A stretch of DNA of 64,000 bases. Origin: Rebecca billardiae RCC1528 (lineage: Eukaryota > Protista > Haptophyta). The notes below the pieces were generated by a model. The model did no database searches, was not told where the DNA came from, and saw only the letters and a list, made by a program, of their open reading frames with translations. Below are positions 35,498 to 46,149 of the stretch, piece by piece (position 1 is the stretch's first letter; every line of letters begins with the position of its first letter). The stretch spans positions 1,571,923-1,635,922 of the forward strand of contig OZ251240.1 of assembly GCA_965240325.2 (NCBI GenBank), read 5' to 3'. The translations under genes and the position numbers were made by a program.

Positions 35498-36754
35498 TTC
35501 TGGTGAACACAGCTTTAAACAATTTTAATTCGTGAGAAAGCCCTGGGAGACCCAGCTCCGACCCCCTTTAATTGTGTGTGACGTACTGCTGTCCCAAGTA
35601 ATACCGGAGTAGGAATACGAAGAATGGGGCCTCAAACGTTTTTTGATTAGGCACGCCTCGGGAATCGAGAACGCATGTCGTTACCTTTTTGAGCGCGCCT
35701 CATAGGGACGTCGTTGCGATTCCCACCTATTTGTTGACGCTTTTCTACTGTACGACCATCCGCTCCCCAAGTCCGGAGGAACCGCGACGCACGAGTGCTT
35801 TCGCCGCCGCGCCGCGTGCGCTCGGCACACACGATTGAGTATGACGGACGAGCGCGCGCTGCTGCAGGAGGCGAATAAGGCCGCGCGCGACACGCAGATA
35901 GCGCTCAGCCGGCGTGGCTCGACGACGCTGCCGGCACTCGCGCTCGCACACATGCGCGCGACGAGGATCTGAGCTCAGCGGGCCTCCGCCTGTACCCAGC
36001 GCCAGATGCCATCGTCGGCGTCGCGAGGAACTGTTACTGCGCCAATCTGGCGGAGATCCAGCGGCACGTGGCGGCGATCAAGCAGCCGCAACCGCATCAG
36101 ATGACGTGCACGAACGGGCTCATGGAGAAGCTCGTACCACAAGCCTACCATACTAGCCACCCGCTCGCCGACTTGCCCGACCGTACTACTCGCCCTGGCT
36201 CGTCCGTCACCCGCGCCGCCCGCGGCTCGCGGCGCCATCGCGGAGGTGCGTGCCCGCCGGCGCGAGCTGCACAACACAACATGCACACCGACGCGAGCCG
36301 CTCGTACCACGTCGTGCCCGACGGGCCGTGCTCAGCGACGGCTGCAGGAGTCTACGCCGGCAGTCGGTTGTGGCCCTGCCGGCCTGCGCCGCTCGCCCCG
36401 CGCCTGCAGTCGCCCCGCGCCTGCAGACCGGTGGGCCATCTGCGGTGCGTGCCGTTGCCGTGCCGTCGTGCCCGAGCGGCCGTGCGCAGCGACGACTGCA
36501 TCGACGCGCGCCTCGCCGTGCGCCTCACGGTGGGCCTTGCAGAACTGCAGAAGTGCCGGCGCTGCCGCGCCTGGCTTAATCGCACGCGCGACGGTGGCGC
36601 GCCACCGGATGATACCGTTCTACAGCGCTGAACTACTGCCAACTCGTCCCATCGTCGTCGGGTCTGCCGGCCCTGGCAAGCTTCTCCGTCGCGTCCTAGA
36701 CGCGCTGTGTTCGACCAGCCCCACCGGGACAAGGCCGCCAGGCCCCCGCAGTTT
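35498..36754 (+). mobile_element. Repetitive element family B, copy 2
   Basis: Shares both ends with 30240-31262 but has a different central segment. Confidence 0.75.
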
Positions 36755-37652
36755 ATTTCTACCAGATTCCATTTCCTATGTCACGGCGACAAACCCCTGC
36801 CCGCCAGTGGGAATCGGTGTCACGCCCCGTTGGGTGTACCTCTCACGGCCGATGGCGGCCCCCACGTGCGCAAGGAACGCGATTCCTGCACTCCTCGGTG
36901 ACCGGTGAGTGCAGGAATCCAGTTGCGGCGCTCGTCCGCCTCGTCGTCGTCGCACACGAGGTACACCCAACACCATGGGTCGGATCCTAGAACTCTCCGC
37001 GCGCTCGCGCCCGCGCGGCGAGCGCTTGCAGGCTTGTTCTCATCATCTTGGCCAAGACTGCAGCCTGCCAGATGCGCCAGGAGACGTGTGCACGCCTTTC
37101 CGCGCGTCATGGGTGCGCGTGGCACGCACCTTGTCATAATATACGCCGAGGAGGCCTGAGCATCCGGCCTACCAACCTTCCGCGCTCACGTTCAAATGCA
37201 GGCGGCAAGCTGCATGCAAGCGCACGCCGAACGGAAGCATCTCAAGCTCGACAAGGTAGAGGCGGCGGAGCGTTTAGAGCTAGTGGCGATGGCAGTCCAT
37301 CTGGCTGTGAACTGGTCGCTAACTGACGCGGGTGCGATGCAGCCAAGGCAGAGTGCTTGCAGCTTGCAGAGGGCCTGCAGCTGCGGCGGTTTGCCGCCGC
37401 TCGCCGGCTGCATCGTACACACTGCCGTGCACCGCAAGTGACCGCTGTGTCAAGGCGAAGCACCACGGCAAGGCGAAGCAGCATGTCTGACAACATCCTT
37501 CGCCACAGCGCAGCGCCTCAACACGAGAATGCGCGAACGACGTGCCATCACTACTCCGGACTAGCTCCGGCGCCCGCACCAGCGGGCAAGCCGCCATTGT
37601 ACCGCGTTTTGGCGAATGTCGCCTTTGGGCTCTCGTAGAAATAAAACAGGCC
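36751..37652. mobile_element. Family A element, copy 2 (inverted relative to copy 1, left TIR truncated)
   Basis: Reverse complement of 16958-17856 with many substitutions; ends in GTAGAAATAAAACAGGCC. Confidence 0.85.
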
Positions 37653-37657
37653 TACTA

Positions 37658-38463
37658 CAGTCCTCTCAACAATAAATTACCCTATGGAGAGCACACCTGC
37701 ACATCACACCTTCTCCTGGCCGCATAGGCTTGCATGACGGGCACCTGCGGCCCCAGCACTCTCCATTCGGTCGAGCTGCACCCACCCATCATGACTTCAG
37801 CCGGGTGAGTGACAATTGGAGGACTCCTCTGGGCAGCACGTGAAGCCGGCCAGCTCGGACGTGACAGTGTCACTGACAGTGGCCGACAGGCTCTCGACTG
37901 GCTCCCACACCCCTTTCAGCCCAGCTTGTAGCACAGCGCGCCGCTGATTTTCGGCGGAGCCTCGTGTGCTGTGCTACAGGGCATACCCAATCAGCAGGTG
38001 GGCCGCTGGCAGGCTAGGTGCATCTGGTGCACTGTGGTGGCCATTCCCCGACCACCACCCGCAGAGACGTGGCCTGCGCACTGAAACAGCACTGCTCACG
38101 CCAGGCTGTGCTGCTAGGCTGGCTGCTAGGCAGTATCAAAGGCCATCCAGCTGCAGCGCCAGGGCCCACTATACAGCTGCTACACTCCCAGCCAGCCAGC
38201 CCACAGCCTGCTCAGGGGGTGAATTTCCATCCCTGCCTGCCCTTGTGGTGGTCCAGCACCCCCGCGCAGCACCCGTCAGCCGGTTGTGCACCTGCATTCA
38301 ATTTATCTGACTGACTCAGCCCACACACCCGCCCAGCTCATACCCACCTGGTCTGTGAGGGCTATAGGTGCAGTAACAGATAGCATGCAGCAGTGGGCCT
38401 CAAACAGTGACTGAGCTGGTATAGACAGCCAAACACAAGGGTAACCAATTGTTGAGGGGACTG
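37658..38463. mobile_element. Tc1/mariner-like MITE, family C copy 2 (806 bp)
   Basis: TA|CAGTCCTCTCAACAAT ... ATTGTTGAGGGGACTG|TA: 16-bp TIR with one mismatch and a perfect TA TSD. Confidence 0.92.
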
Positions 38464-38484
38464 TAAAACAGGCCAGTATCCGTG

Positions 38485-40285
38485 TAGGGGGTCCAAGCCG
38501 CGGAATTTAAAATCGAAAATCGACTGACCGATTTCGCGCTGAGCATTTCCGAACATTTTGGCCTCGAATTGCGGCAAGCACGGCCGCGGCCGTTCAGAGC
38601 ACGGTCGAGCCCGAGATCGGGCGAGCAGCACGCCTGGGCGGTGGACTTCATCGTCGCGTCGGCGCGGCGGAGCGCGCTCTGGCGTCAGAGGCGCGCGGGC
38701 GGGCGAGTCAGGGTGGCCACCATGGCAGCGTTCGGCCAAATGATCGCTGGCAGCTCGCTCTCACCGGACATCTTGAACCTCACAGCCCCGCTCTGCGCGC
38801 CGTTCGAACTCTCATCCGGATGAGCGCGGACAACGCAGCCCCGGTTCCAGGTGAACCGTGCACGCTGCGCCCTGGTTCCCTACTGGTTCCATCAGTTCAT
38901 GAGGAGAACGAGTCAGCCCCCGACGCTTGGCCCGGTGCGTGCAGTGCTCACCTCCCCACGCGCTGCGCATGCACTCGCGTGATCGCTGGCTGCTCGTGCG
39001 CAAACGGGAGCGCGCGGCAGTCGTGGGTGGTAAGCAAGCTCGGCGACCCTGTGTACGTGCGGGGCCTGTCTTCCAGCCCACAGTAGTACCGCCAGAAGCT
39101 CCAGCTGGCACGCGTCGGCTTGTTTGTTGTGCCACTTGGCGTGCCGCTTGGCTGCATGCAGCAGCCGAGCTGCCCTGAGGCGAAGAGCGTGCACCTTGTC
39201 ACGAACGTCAAGCTTGCTGCGGAGCAGACGCGCGCCGCAAAGCTCCGCTATGGCCGCTGCCACATCTGTACACCGTGTCTTCGTCTCGGGAGTGCCGGCG
39301 CCACTGTTGGCGGCCGTCTTGGAGCAGCGCGCGGACTGCATGGTGCTCGGGGCAGGCGTGCGCGCTGACCGCGGCAGCTGAGGCAGAGAGCTCAACGCTC
39401 GCCACCGAGCAGCTCGCCGAGTCAGGGGTAACCTGGAGCAGCCTCGACTGCAAGCGCTGTAGCCGCAGCAGAGGTGGACCGGTGGCGGCCTCGCGTGGGC
39501 TGGTGTACGACGAACGGCGACGGTGCCGGTGACACCTGAGACCGGGCAAGGAAGCCGCCACACATGGCGAGCTATCTGCGCACGCCAGCCTCGACGGCGG
39601 AGAGGCCTCTCATACGGGGATGGTGGCATGTTCAGTGGCGGAGTTGGCCGTGTGCCGCAGCACGTGCAGCCCGCCACCGGCATCAGGCCCGCGTTCGCGG
39701 GCCGGCGCTCACTGATGTGAGTCCAGTGGCAGCATGAGCCGTCTCGGCGGCCGCCGTATTCCGTATTCGGATGACCCAGCAAATAGTGAGCAAGGTACCC
39801 ATGTATAGGCCCGCACTTGAATACATATTATAAAAGTAACCACATTGTATATAAAGTGGGTAAACATGCTCTTATATGCGGGTACATTCCTATAATTAAA
39901 TGGGTAATGTACTCGATCTTGGAGTAGTTTTTCACGGACGTCTACGCGCACAGCATAGTGCCCCACTTTTTCGGTATTTTCACCATAAAATCCTTCGGAT
40001 AGGGGGCAGCGCTTGTCAATAAGTAAGTCCGACCGCGTATCGTCATCTAGCTGCAATGACAAGTAGGTAACATTCGGCTGAATCTCTATGTGACACAGCG
40101 GGCGCCGCTGCGCGCGCGCACGACCGCCCGACGACACGCGGAGTCGGTTTTTAGTGCTTCTGACGGCTGGGCTGGGCCGTGGGACATATTTGAGGGGGAC
40201 TCCGCAAGCGCCACGCTCAGCAGACGCCTACATGGCATGGTTGTCAAATATCACAAATCAGTGGGCTGCTGGCTTGGACCCCCTA
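38485..40285. mobile_element. Non-autonomous hAT/P-like DNA transposon (1.8 kb) with 7-bp TSD
   Basis: Perfect 15-bp TIR TAGGGGGTCCAAGCC / GGCTTGGACCCCCTA, with ATCCGTG on both flanks (38478-38484 and 40286-40292). Degenerate interior, no intact transposase. Confidence 0.9.
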
Positions 40286-40795
40286 ATCCGTGAATAATAA
40301 CCGAGCCGCCCGGGCCGAACGGGCAACGGCGTTCGGCCAAGGGCGACTGAGTTGTCGCGGCCCGCCTGCTTTACGACTGCGTTCCACTAGTTACTCGCTG
40401 CCAAGTCCCACACACAGGCTACGCGGCGGCCCGCGTGCGGCGAGCGGAGCTGCGGAGCGGCCTGCTGCTGCGCGCGGCCGCCGCCCACTAGTCGGAGCCC
40501 CCCTGCGCCACCCGCCCGTCGCCGCCGAGCCCTGGCCAGTATCCGTGAACGAATAATAACCGAGCCGCCCGGGCCGAACGGGCAACGGCGTTCGGCCAAG
40601 GGCGACTGAGTTGTCGCGGCCCGCCTGCTTTACGACTGCGTTCCACTAGTTACTCGCTGCCAAGTCCCACACACAGGCTACGCGGCGGCCCGCGTGCGGC
40701 GAGCGGAGCTGCGGAGCGGCCTGCTGCTGCGCGCGGCCGCCGCCCACTAGTCGGAGCCGCCCTGCGCCACCCGCCCGTCGCCGCCGAGCCCTGGC
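40286..40795 (+). repeat. Direct tandem duplication, 2 x ~255 bp
   Basis: 40286-40540 and 40541-40795 are near-identical (ATCCGTGAA...TAATAACCGAGCCGCCCGGGCC...CCGAGCCCTGGC). Confidence 0.93.
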
Positions 40796-40853
40796 ACACA
40801 CCCCCAGCCGCGCGTTCGCGGCGGGCGCGTACGCGCCCCCCCCGCCCGCCCGC

Positions 40854-43334
40854 TCACGCCCCGCCCTTCGCGCCGTAGTGGTACGTGCCGCTGCCCATCA
40901 GCTGCGGCGGGTAGCGCTCGCCCGCGACCGCGCCGAGCGGCACCGCCGCCTCGAGCTCGGCGCGCTCGGCGTCGCTCAGCTCGAGCTCGGCGGCGGCGAG
41001 GTTCTCCCTGAGGTGCGCGGCGCTGCGCGTGCCGGGGATGGGCACGGCGCCCTGCGCGTGCACCCACGCGCACGCCAGCTGCGCCGCCGTGCACCCCTTC
41101 CGCTCGGCGAGCGCGCGCACCGCGCCGACGAGCCGCAGGTTCTTCTCGAGGTTTTCCGGCGAGAAGCGCGGCTGCATCGCGCGCCGAAAGTCCTTCGCGT
41201 GCAGCTGCTCGGCGGAGGCGATGGCGCCGGCGAGGAGGCCGCGGCAGAGGGGCGCGTACGCCACCACGCCGATCCCGAGCTCGCGGCACACCGGCAGCAG
41301 GTCCGCCTCCACGTCGCGCGTGAAGAGCGACCACTCCGCCTGCACGCAGCTCACGGGGTGGATCGCGTGGCACGCGCGCACGTCGGCCGGCGCAATCTCG
41401 GAGAGGCCGAGGTAGCGGACGAGGCCGTCGCGCACGCACTCGGCGAGCGCGCGCCACGAGTCGGCGATGTCGGCGATCCCCGGGTCCCGCCGGTTGAGGT
41501 ACACCAGGTCGATGTAGTCCGTGCCGAACCGGTCGAGCGAGCGGCGCACCGCCGCCTTGAGCGCGCGCGCCGAGCCGTCCATCCGCATGTGCCCGTCCAC
41601 AATGTCGACGCCGAGCTTGGTGCCGATGACGAGGCGCGCGCGGCGGGAGGGGTCGCGGCCGAGGAAGCGGCCGAGGAGCATCTCGTTGTGCCCCAGCCCG
41701 TAGAAGCACGCCGTGTCGACGAACAGCGTGCCGCCGCCCAGCTCGAGCGCGTCGGCGAGCATCGCGAGCGCGGACGCCTCAAACTCGGCCGAATTCGCCT
41801 CGTCGGGCGCCGTGTACATGCCGCCCGAGAGCGACATGAGGCCGAGGCCCTGCCTGGGCACGCGCAGCCCGGCGCCGCCGAGCGGCACGGTGTTGTTCGG
41901 GTGCTCCGCGGGGGCCGCGCCCGCGAGCGACGCGCTCGCCACCGCGCTCGCCACCACGTCCGCCACGCCCTGCGTGCGCTCGTTGGCCGCGGCGCGCGCG
42001 AGCGCGCTCGCGAGCCGCGGCCGCGAGCCGGCCGCGCGCTCGTCGTCCTCGGCGCCGGCGGGGTGCGCGCCGGGCTTGCCCGCGCCGAGCGCGGCCCACG
42101 CGGGCGCGGCGAAGTAGTCCATCGGCCCGCGCTTCACCTTCGCCATGAAGTGCGGCGCGCCGAGGCTCGCGCCGCCGACCGCGGCGGTGAGCGGCACGAT
42201 CGCCGCGACGGCCGCGGGCGGGCTCGCCCACGCGCGCGAGGCCGGCCGCCCGTGTGCGAGCTCGAGCAGGTTGGCGAGCGCGACGTCGGCGTGGCCGAGG
42301 GGCATGCCCGGCGGCTTGCCCACGCGCGAGCCCGCGTACACCGACAGCTTCGGCTCGCGCAGGCTCGTGCAGTCGCCGATCGCGAACACGCGCCCGCTCG
42401 CGCCGCCCGGCCCGTCGCAGTCGCCCGGCAGGCCGAGCACGCGCAGCTGCGCGTCCACGCGCACGAGGCCGGTGGCGGGGTCGAGCGCGGCGTCGGGCAC
42501 GAGGCCGGTGGTGTTCGGCGCCGCGCCCACGCACCAGAGCACCAGGTCCGCGTGCAGCGTCTCGCCCGTCGAGAGCGCGACGGGGAAGGGCACGCCGTCC
42601 GCGGCGGCGCGGTAGCCGCCGGGGCAGCCGTCGGCGCGCAGCGACGTCACGCGCGCGCCGAGGCGCGTGCCGATGGCGGCGGCGGCGCAGCGCGCGGCGA
42701 GGCGGGCCTGGAAGGCCTCGAGCGCGCCCGCCTCCGCGCCCGGCACCGACCCGTCCGCGAGCGCCGCCGCGCCGTGCACGATCGTCACGCTCGCGTCAGG
42801 GGAGACCGCGTCGCGCACCTGGCCCGCGAGCTCGAGCCCGACCAAGCCGCCGCCGGCGACGACGACCTTCTTGGCCGCGCGGATCGCGGCGCTCACGCCG
42901 CGGTAGTGCTGCCGCAGCGCCGGCACCGACGTCGCGCCCGGCGGCGGGTCCGCCGGCGAGAGGTTCTGCGAGCCGAGCGCGAGCACGCAGTAGTCGTACC
43001 GCACCGTCGAGCCCGACGCGAGCGTGACGGTGCGCGCGGACGCGTCGAGGGCGGCGACGCCGTCGTGCACGAGGGCGGAGCGCGGGCCGGCGAGCAGGTT
43101 GCGCAGCGGCACGAGCCCCTTCGCCATCGCCCACTCCGGGTCGACGATCGCGCGCGGGCCGCCCGGCTTGTACACCATCGCCGGCCGGCGCTCGACGACC
43201 GTCACGCGGAAGCCGGCGGCGTCGGCGATCCGCGCCATCGAGGCGCCGCCGAGGCCGGCGCCGAGCACGAGCACGTGCTTGTCCGCCGCCTCCGCGTGCG
43301 CGCGCCCCCTCGCCGACGACGGCACGCCGCCCAT
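40854..43334 (-). CDS. AIFM2/FSP1-like FAD-dependent NAD(P)H oxidoreductase fused to an aldo-keto reductase (826 aa)
   Basis: Start MGGVPSS fits the N-myristoylation consensus MGxxxS. Oxidoreductase motifs: VLGAGLGG, YDYCVLALGS, VVAGGGLVGLELAG, VFAIGDC. AKR motifs: GLGLMSLS, FVDTACFYG, IGTKLG, SLDRFGTDYIDLVY, YLGLSE, VQAEWSL, AYAPLCRG, PIPGT. One intronless ORF. Confidence 0.88.
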   Translation of the reverse strand: MGGVPSSARGRAHAEAADKHVLVLGAGLGGASMARIADAAGFRVTVVERRPAMVYKPGGPRAIVDPEWAMAKGLVPLRNLLAGPRSALVHDGVAALDASARTVTLASGSTVRYDYCVLALGSQNLSPADPPPGATSVPALRQHYRGVSAAIRAAKKVVVAGGGLVGLELAGQVRDAVSPDASVTIVHGAAALADGSVPGAEAGALEAFQARLAARCAAAAIGTRLGARVTSLRADGCPGGYRAAADGVPFPVALSTGETLHADLVLWCVGAAPNTTGLVPDAALDPATGLVRVDAQLRVLGLPGDCDGPGGASGRVFAIGDCTSLREPKLSVYAGSRVGKPPGMPLGHADVALANLLELAHGRPASRAWASPPAAVAAIVPLTAAVGGASLGAPHFMAKVKRGPMDYFAAPAWAALGAGKPGAHPAGAEDDERAAGSRPRLASALARAAANERTQGVADVVASAVASASLAGAAPAEHPNNTVPLGGAGLRVPRQGLGLMSLSGGMYTAPDEANSAEFEASALAMLADALELGGGTLFVDTACFYGLGHNEMLLGRFLGRDPSRRARLVIGTKLGVDIVDGHMRMDGSARALKAAVRRSLDRFGTDYIDLVYLNRRDPGIADIADSWRALAECVRDGLVRYLGLSEIAPADVRACHAIHPVSCVQAEWSLFTRDVEADLLPVCRELGIGVVAYAPLCRGLLAGAIASAEQLHAKDFRRAMQPRFSPENLEKNLRLVGAVRALAERKGCTAAQLACAWVHAQGAVPIPGTRSAAHLRENLAAAELELSDAERAELEAAVPLGAVAGERYPPQLMGSGTYHYGAKGGA

Positions 43335-43467
43335 GGCGGCGGCCGCGCGCGCCCGTCCCGTCCAGCAGGCGAGAGATCGGCTCGACCGCGGGGGCCGCCA
43401 CTGACAGTGCTGCGAGGGACGATTTGAGCAGCACGGTCCGGTCGTCCCGGTCCGGACTACAGTACGG

Positions 43468-44825
43468 ATGATGGCGGCGCGCGATGGCGGCCGCTCCGCG
43501 CGCGCGCTCGGCGAGCTGCCCGCCGAGGTGCTCGAGCGCATCCTGGCTCTGCTCGGCGGGGCGCGCGACCTTGCCGCCGCGAACGCCGCCTCGCGCCTCT
43601 TCCGCGGCGAGCCGGGCGGCGGCCGCTCGGTGGTCGAGCGCGCGCTGCGCGGGCGAGCGCGCGCGCGCGGGCACGCGCTGCCGGCGGCGCTGCCGGCGCG
43701 CGCGCGCACGTGGACGGCGGAGCTGCTCGCGCGCGAGCGCGCGCTCGAGCTCGCGCGGACGCACCTCTCCGTCGCGGCGGCCGGCGGCTGGGCGAGCCGG
43801 CCGTACGAAGACTCGCCCGTCGCGCGCGCGCCTCGCTGTGCGCGGTGCGCGTGGTCGCGGTGGCCGCGGGCTACTACCACCTGCTCGCGCTGAGCGAGGC
43901 CGGCGCCGTGTACGGCTGCGGCGAGAACGAGCGCGGCCAGCTGGGGCGGGCGGGCACACACGCGCGCCGCTCGTTCGTCGGGCCGCTCTGCCCGTCGCCG
44001 CCGGGGCGCGAGCCCTTCGTGTGCATCGCTGCGGGCGGCTGCTGCAGCCTCGCGCTCAGCGCCGCCGGCCGCGCGTACAGCTGGGGCTACAACTGGTGCG
44101 GCCAGCTCGGCCACGGCGACACGAAGGACCTGTGGGGGCCGACGCGCATCGAGGCGCTGGAGGGCGTGCGCATTGGTGGGCTCGCGGCGGGGGCGCTACA
44201 CACGCTGCTGCTCTCGGTCAGCGGTGATGTCTACTCGTGTGGTGACAACTACCATGGGCAGCGCGGCCACGGCGACCAGCAGGAGCGGCGCACGCCGAGG
44301 CGCATCGAGGCGCTCGCGGGCGTGCGCGCCGTGCACGTGAGCGCGGGCTACGAGCACAGCCTGGTGGTGGACGCGGAGGGTGGCGCGTATTCGTTCGGTG
44401 CAGGCTTTGGCGGTGAGCTCGGGCACGGTTACGGAGTGGATCGTGCGGTGCCCACTCGCATCGAGGCCCTGGCAGGCGTGCGTGCGGTACGCGCGTGCGC
44501 TGGCCGCCATGGCAGTGCCGTCGTGTGCGCGGATGGCAGCGTGTACACGTTCGGGGACAACGAGTATGGCCAGCTCTGCGCACCGGGAAGCGACGGGCGG
44601 CTGGCGCGACTGCCGGCGCGTGTGCAGGCGTTTGAGCCAGTGCGTGTGCTGGACTGCGCGCTGAGTGACACCCACGCGCTGTACGTCACAGCGGACGGCA
44701 GCGCGCACGCGTGCGGCATGCGGTCGGCCGCTCTCGGCCTAGGCGTGAGTGCAGCCGACGCTGACGACGATGACCGAGTCGACGCGCCTGCGCGCATCGG
44801 CCAGCTGCCGCGGCTGGGGTGCTGA
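43468..44825 (+). pseudogene. Frameshifted F-box + RCC1-repeat paralogue of 26570-27997
   Basis: F-box (LGELPAEVLERILALL) lies in the 43468 frame and the RCC1 repeats in the 43710 frame. Frame switch near 43790-43835, where sequence present in the paralogue is missing. No plausible intron there. Confidence 0.7.
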
Positions 44826-46149
44826 GCTGCGCTGCCGGGGGGCAGGCCGAGGAGGCAGGCGCCGGCAACGTACGTAGACTACCGTACGGCCAGTGGCGGC
44901 CTGTGGCTGTGGTGTAGTAGTGATAAGCAGTTGCTGAACGGATTATGATGCAGCGCAGCTGCTGTTCGATCGTGTCGGTTGGGGCGCGAGTTCCAGAGTC
45001 GGCGAGTCCTGCTGTAATGCTCGTCCGGTGCCCTCGCCAAAGGAATAGAAGAGAGATAGGACGGCAACTCCCAGTACTAGTGCGCCGGAGACCGAGGTCA
45101 TGGTACCGACTCCATCGTGCCGGGGGCCGAGGGCCGCTGAGTTCCGAGCGACGCCGAGGCCGCCCCCTCCCTCCCGCTCCCGAGCGCCGCTCCGCCGCGG
45201 GCGTGCACGCCGCCAATTCGACGCGCGCGGCGCTGCCATGCTGTCGACGCTTCAACCGGGTCGTCGGTCGACTGCCGCCGCGCCCGCGCCCGCCGCCGAG
45301 CCCACCGGGTGCGCCACGCGCCGCGCGGCACGCGCGGGCGCCGAACCGACCGGCGCCGCCGTGAGCGCCCGCGTGAGGGGCGAGAGAGGGGGAAATTCGC
45401 GGGTGTTAAGCTTTGAATGTGGGGTTGGGTCCACCGAGCCCCCACACAGACCTTAACACCCGCGAAAATGTCCCCAGACCGTGCGCTCACGACGCGCGTA
45501 TGCTACCTTCCTGAGTGCAACAAAGCTGGTTGTGCTCCTCTGCGAGCGCCGTCGCCTGAGTCGAGAGAGCGGATATTTCGCGGGTGTCTTCGTTTGGGCA
45601 AGGCCCCTTGCTACTACTCTCGGCATACATGCCCGAAGACCCGCGTTCTAGCGTGCGGGGCGCGAGCAGACCACGACGCGCACACGCGGCGCGCCTTGGC
45701 ACAATGCACCTGGCCATGCGACGCCTGCGCGAGCGTCGTCCGAGGCGAGAGAGGGGGCTATTCGCGGGTGTCTTTGCTTCTTTGGAGGGTTGTGTCCATG
45801 CCCTTGGCACACACGCCTTAACACCCGCGATTTGTGCGAAGAGCGCGCTCTCACGACAGCGCGCGCTAGGTCCTGAGCCGCGGGCGTGGGTGAGTGGCGG
45901 CGCGCGCCGAAGCTCGACTCGGCTCAGGTGCGTTGGGGTGCTCGACCGGTGCGTGTGCCCGGGGCGGGCGCGGAGCGGCCAACGCGCCCACCAAGCGGCG
46001 CAACGCACCGCCTCGCTCCCCAACGCATCGCCGCCGCTCTCGCGCACGCGGCCGGCGCGCGCTGGGCCGCCCACCCGCGTCGATCACGCTGCGCGCGCTC
46101 CCGCCGCACAGACAGGGGCTGCCGTGGCCGCGCCGCGCTCGAGCTGAGC

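Noticed and set aside
43335-44114. N-terminal extension of the 1086-aa ORF 40854..44114
   Set aside because: It is the antisense of the F-box/RCC1 copy. The ATG at 43334 gives a myristoylation consensus directly before the FAD-binding motif.
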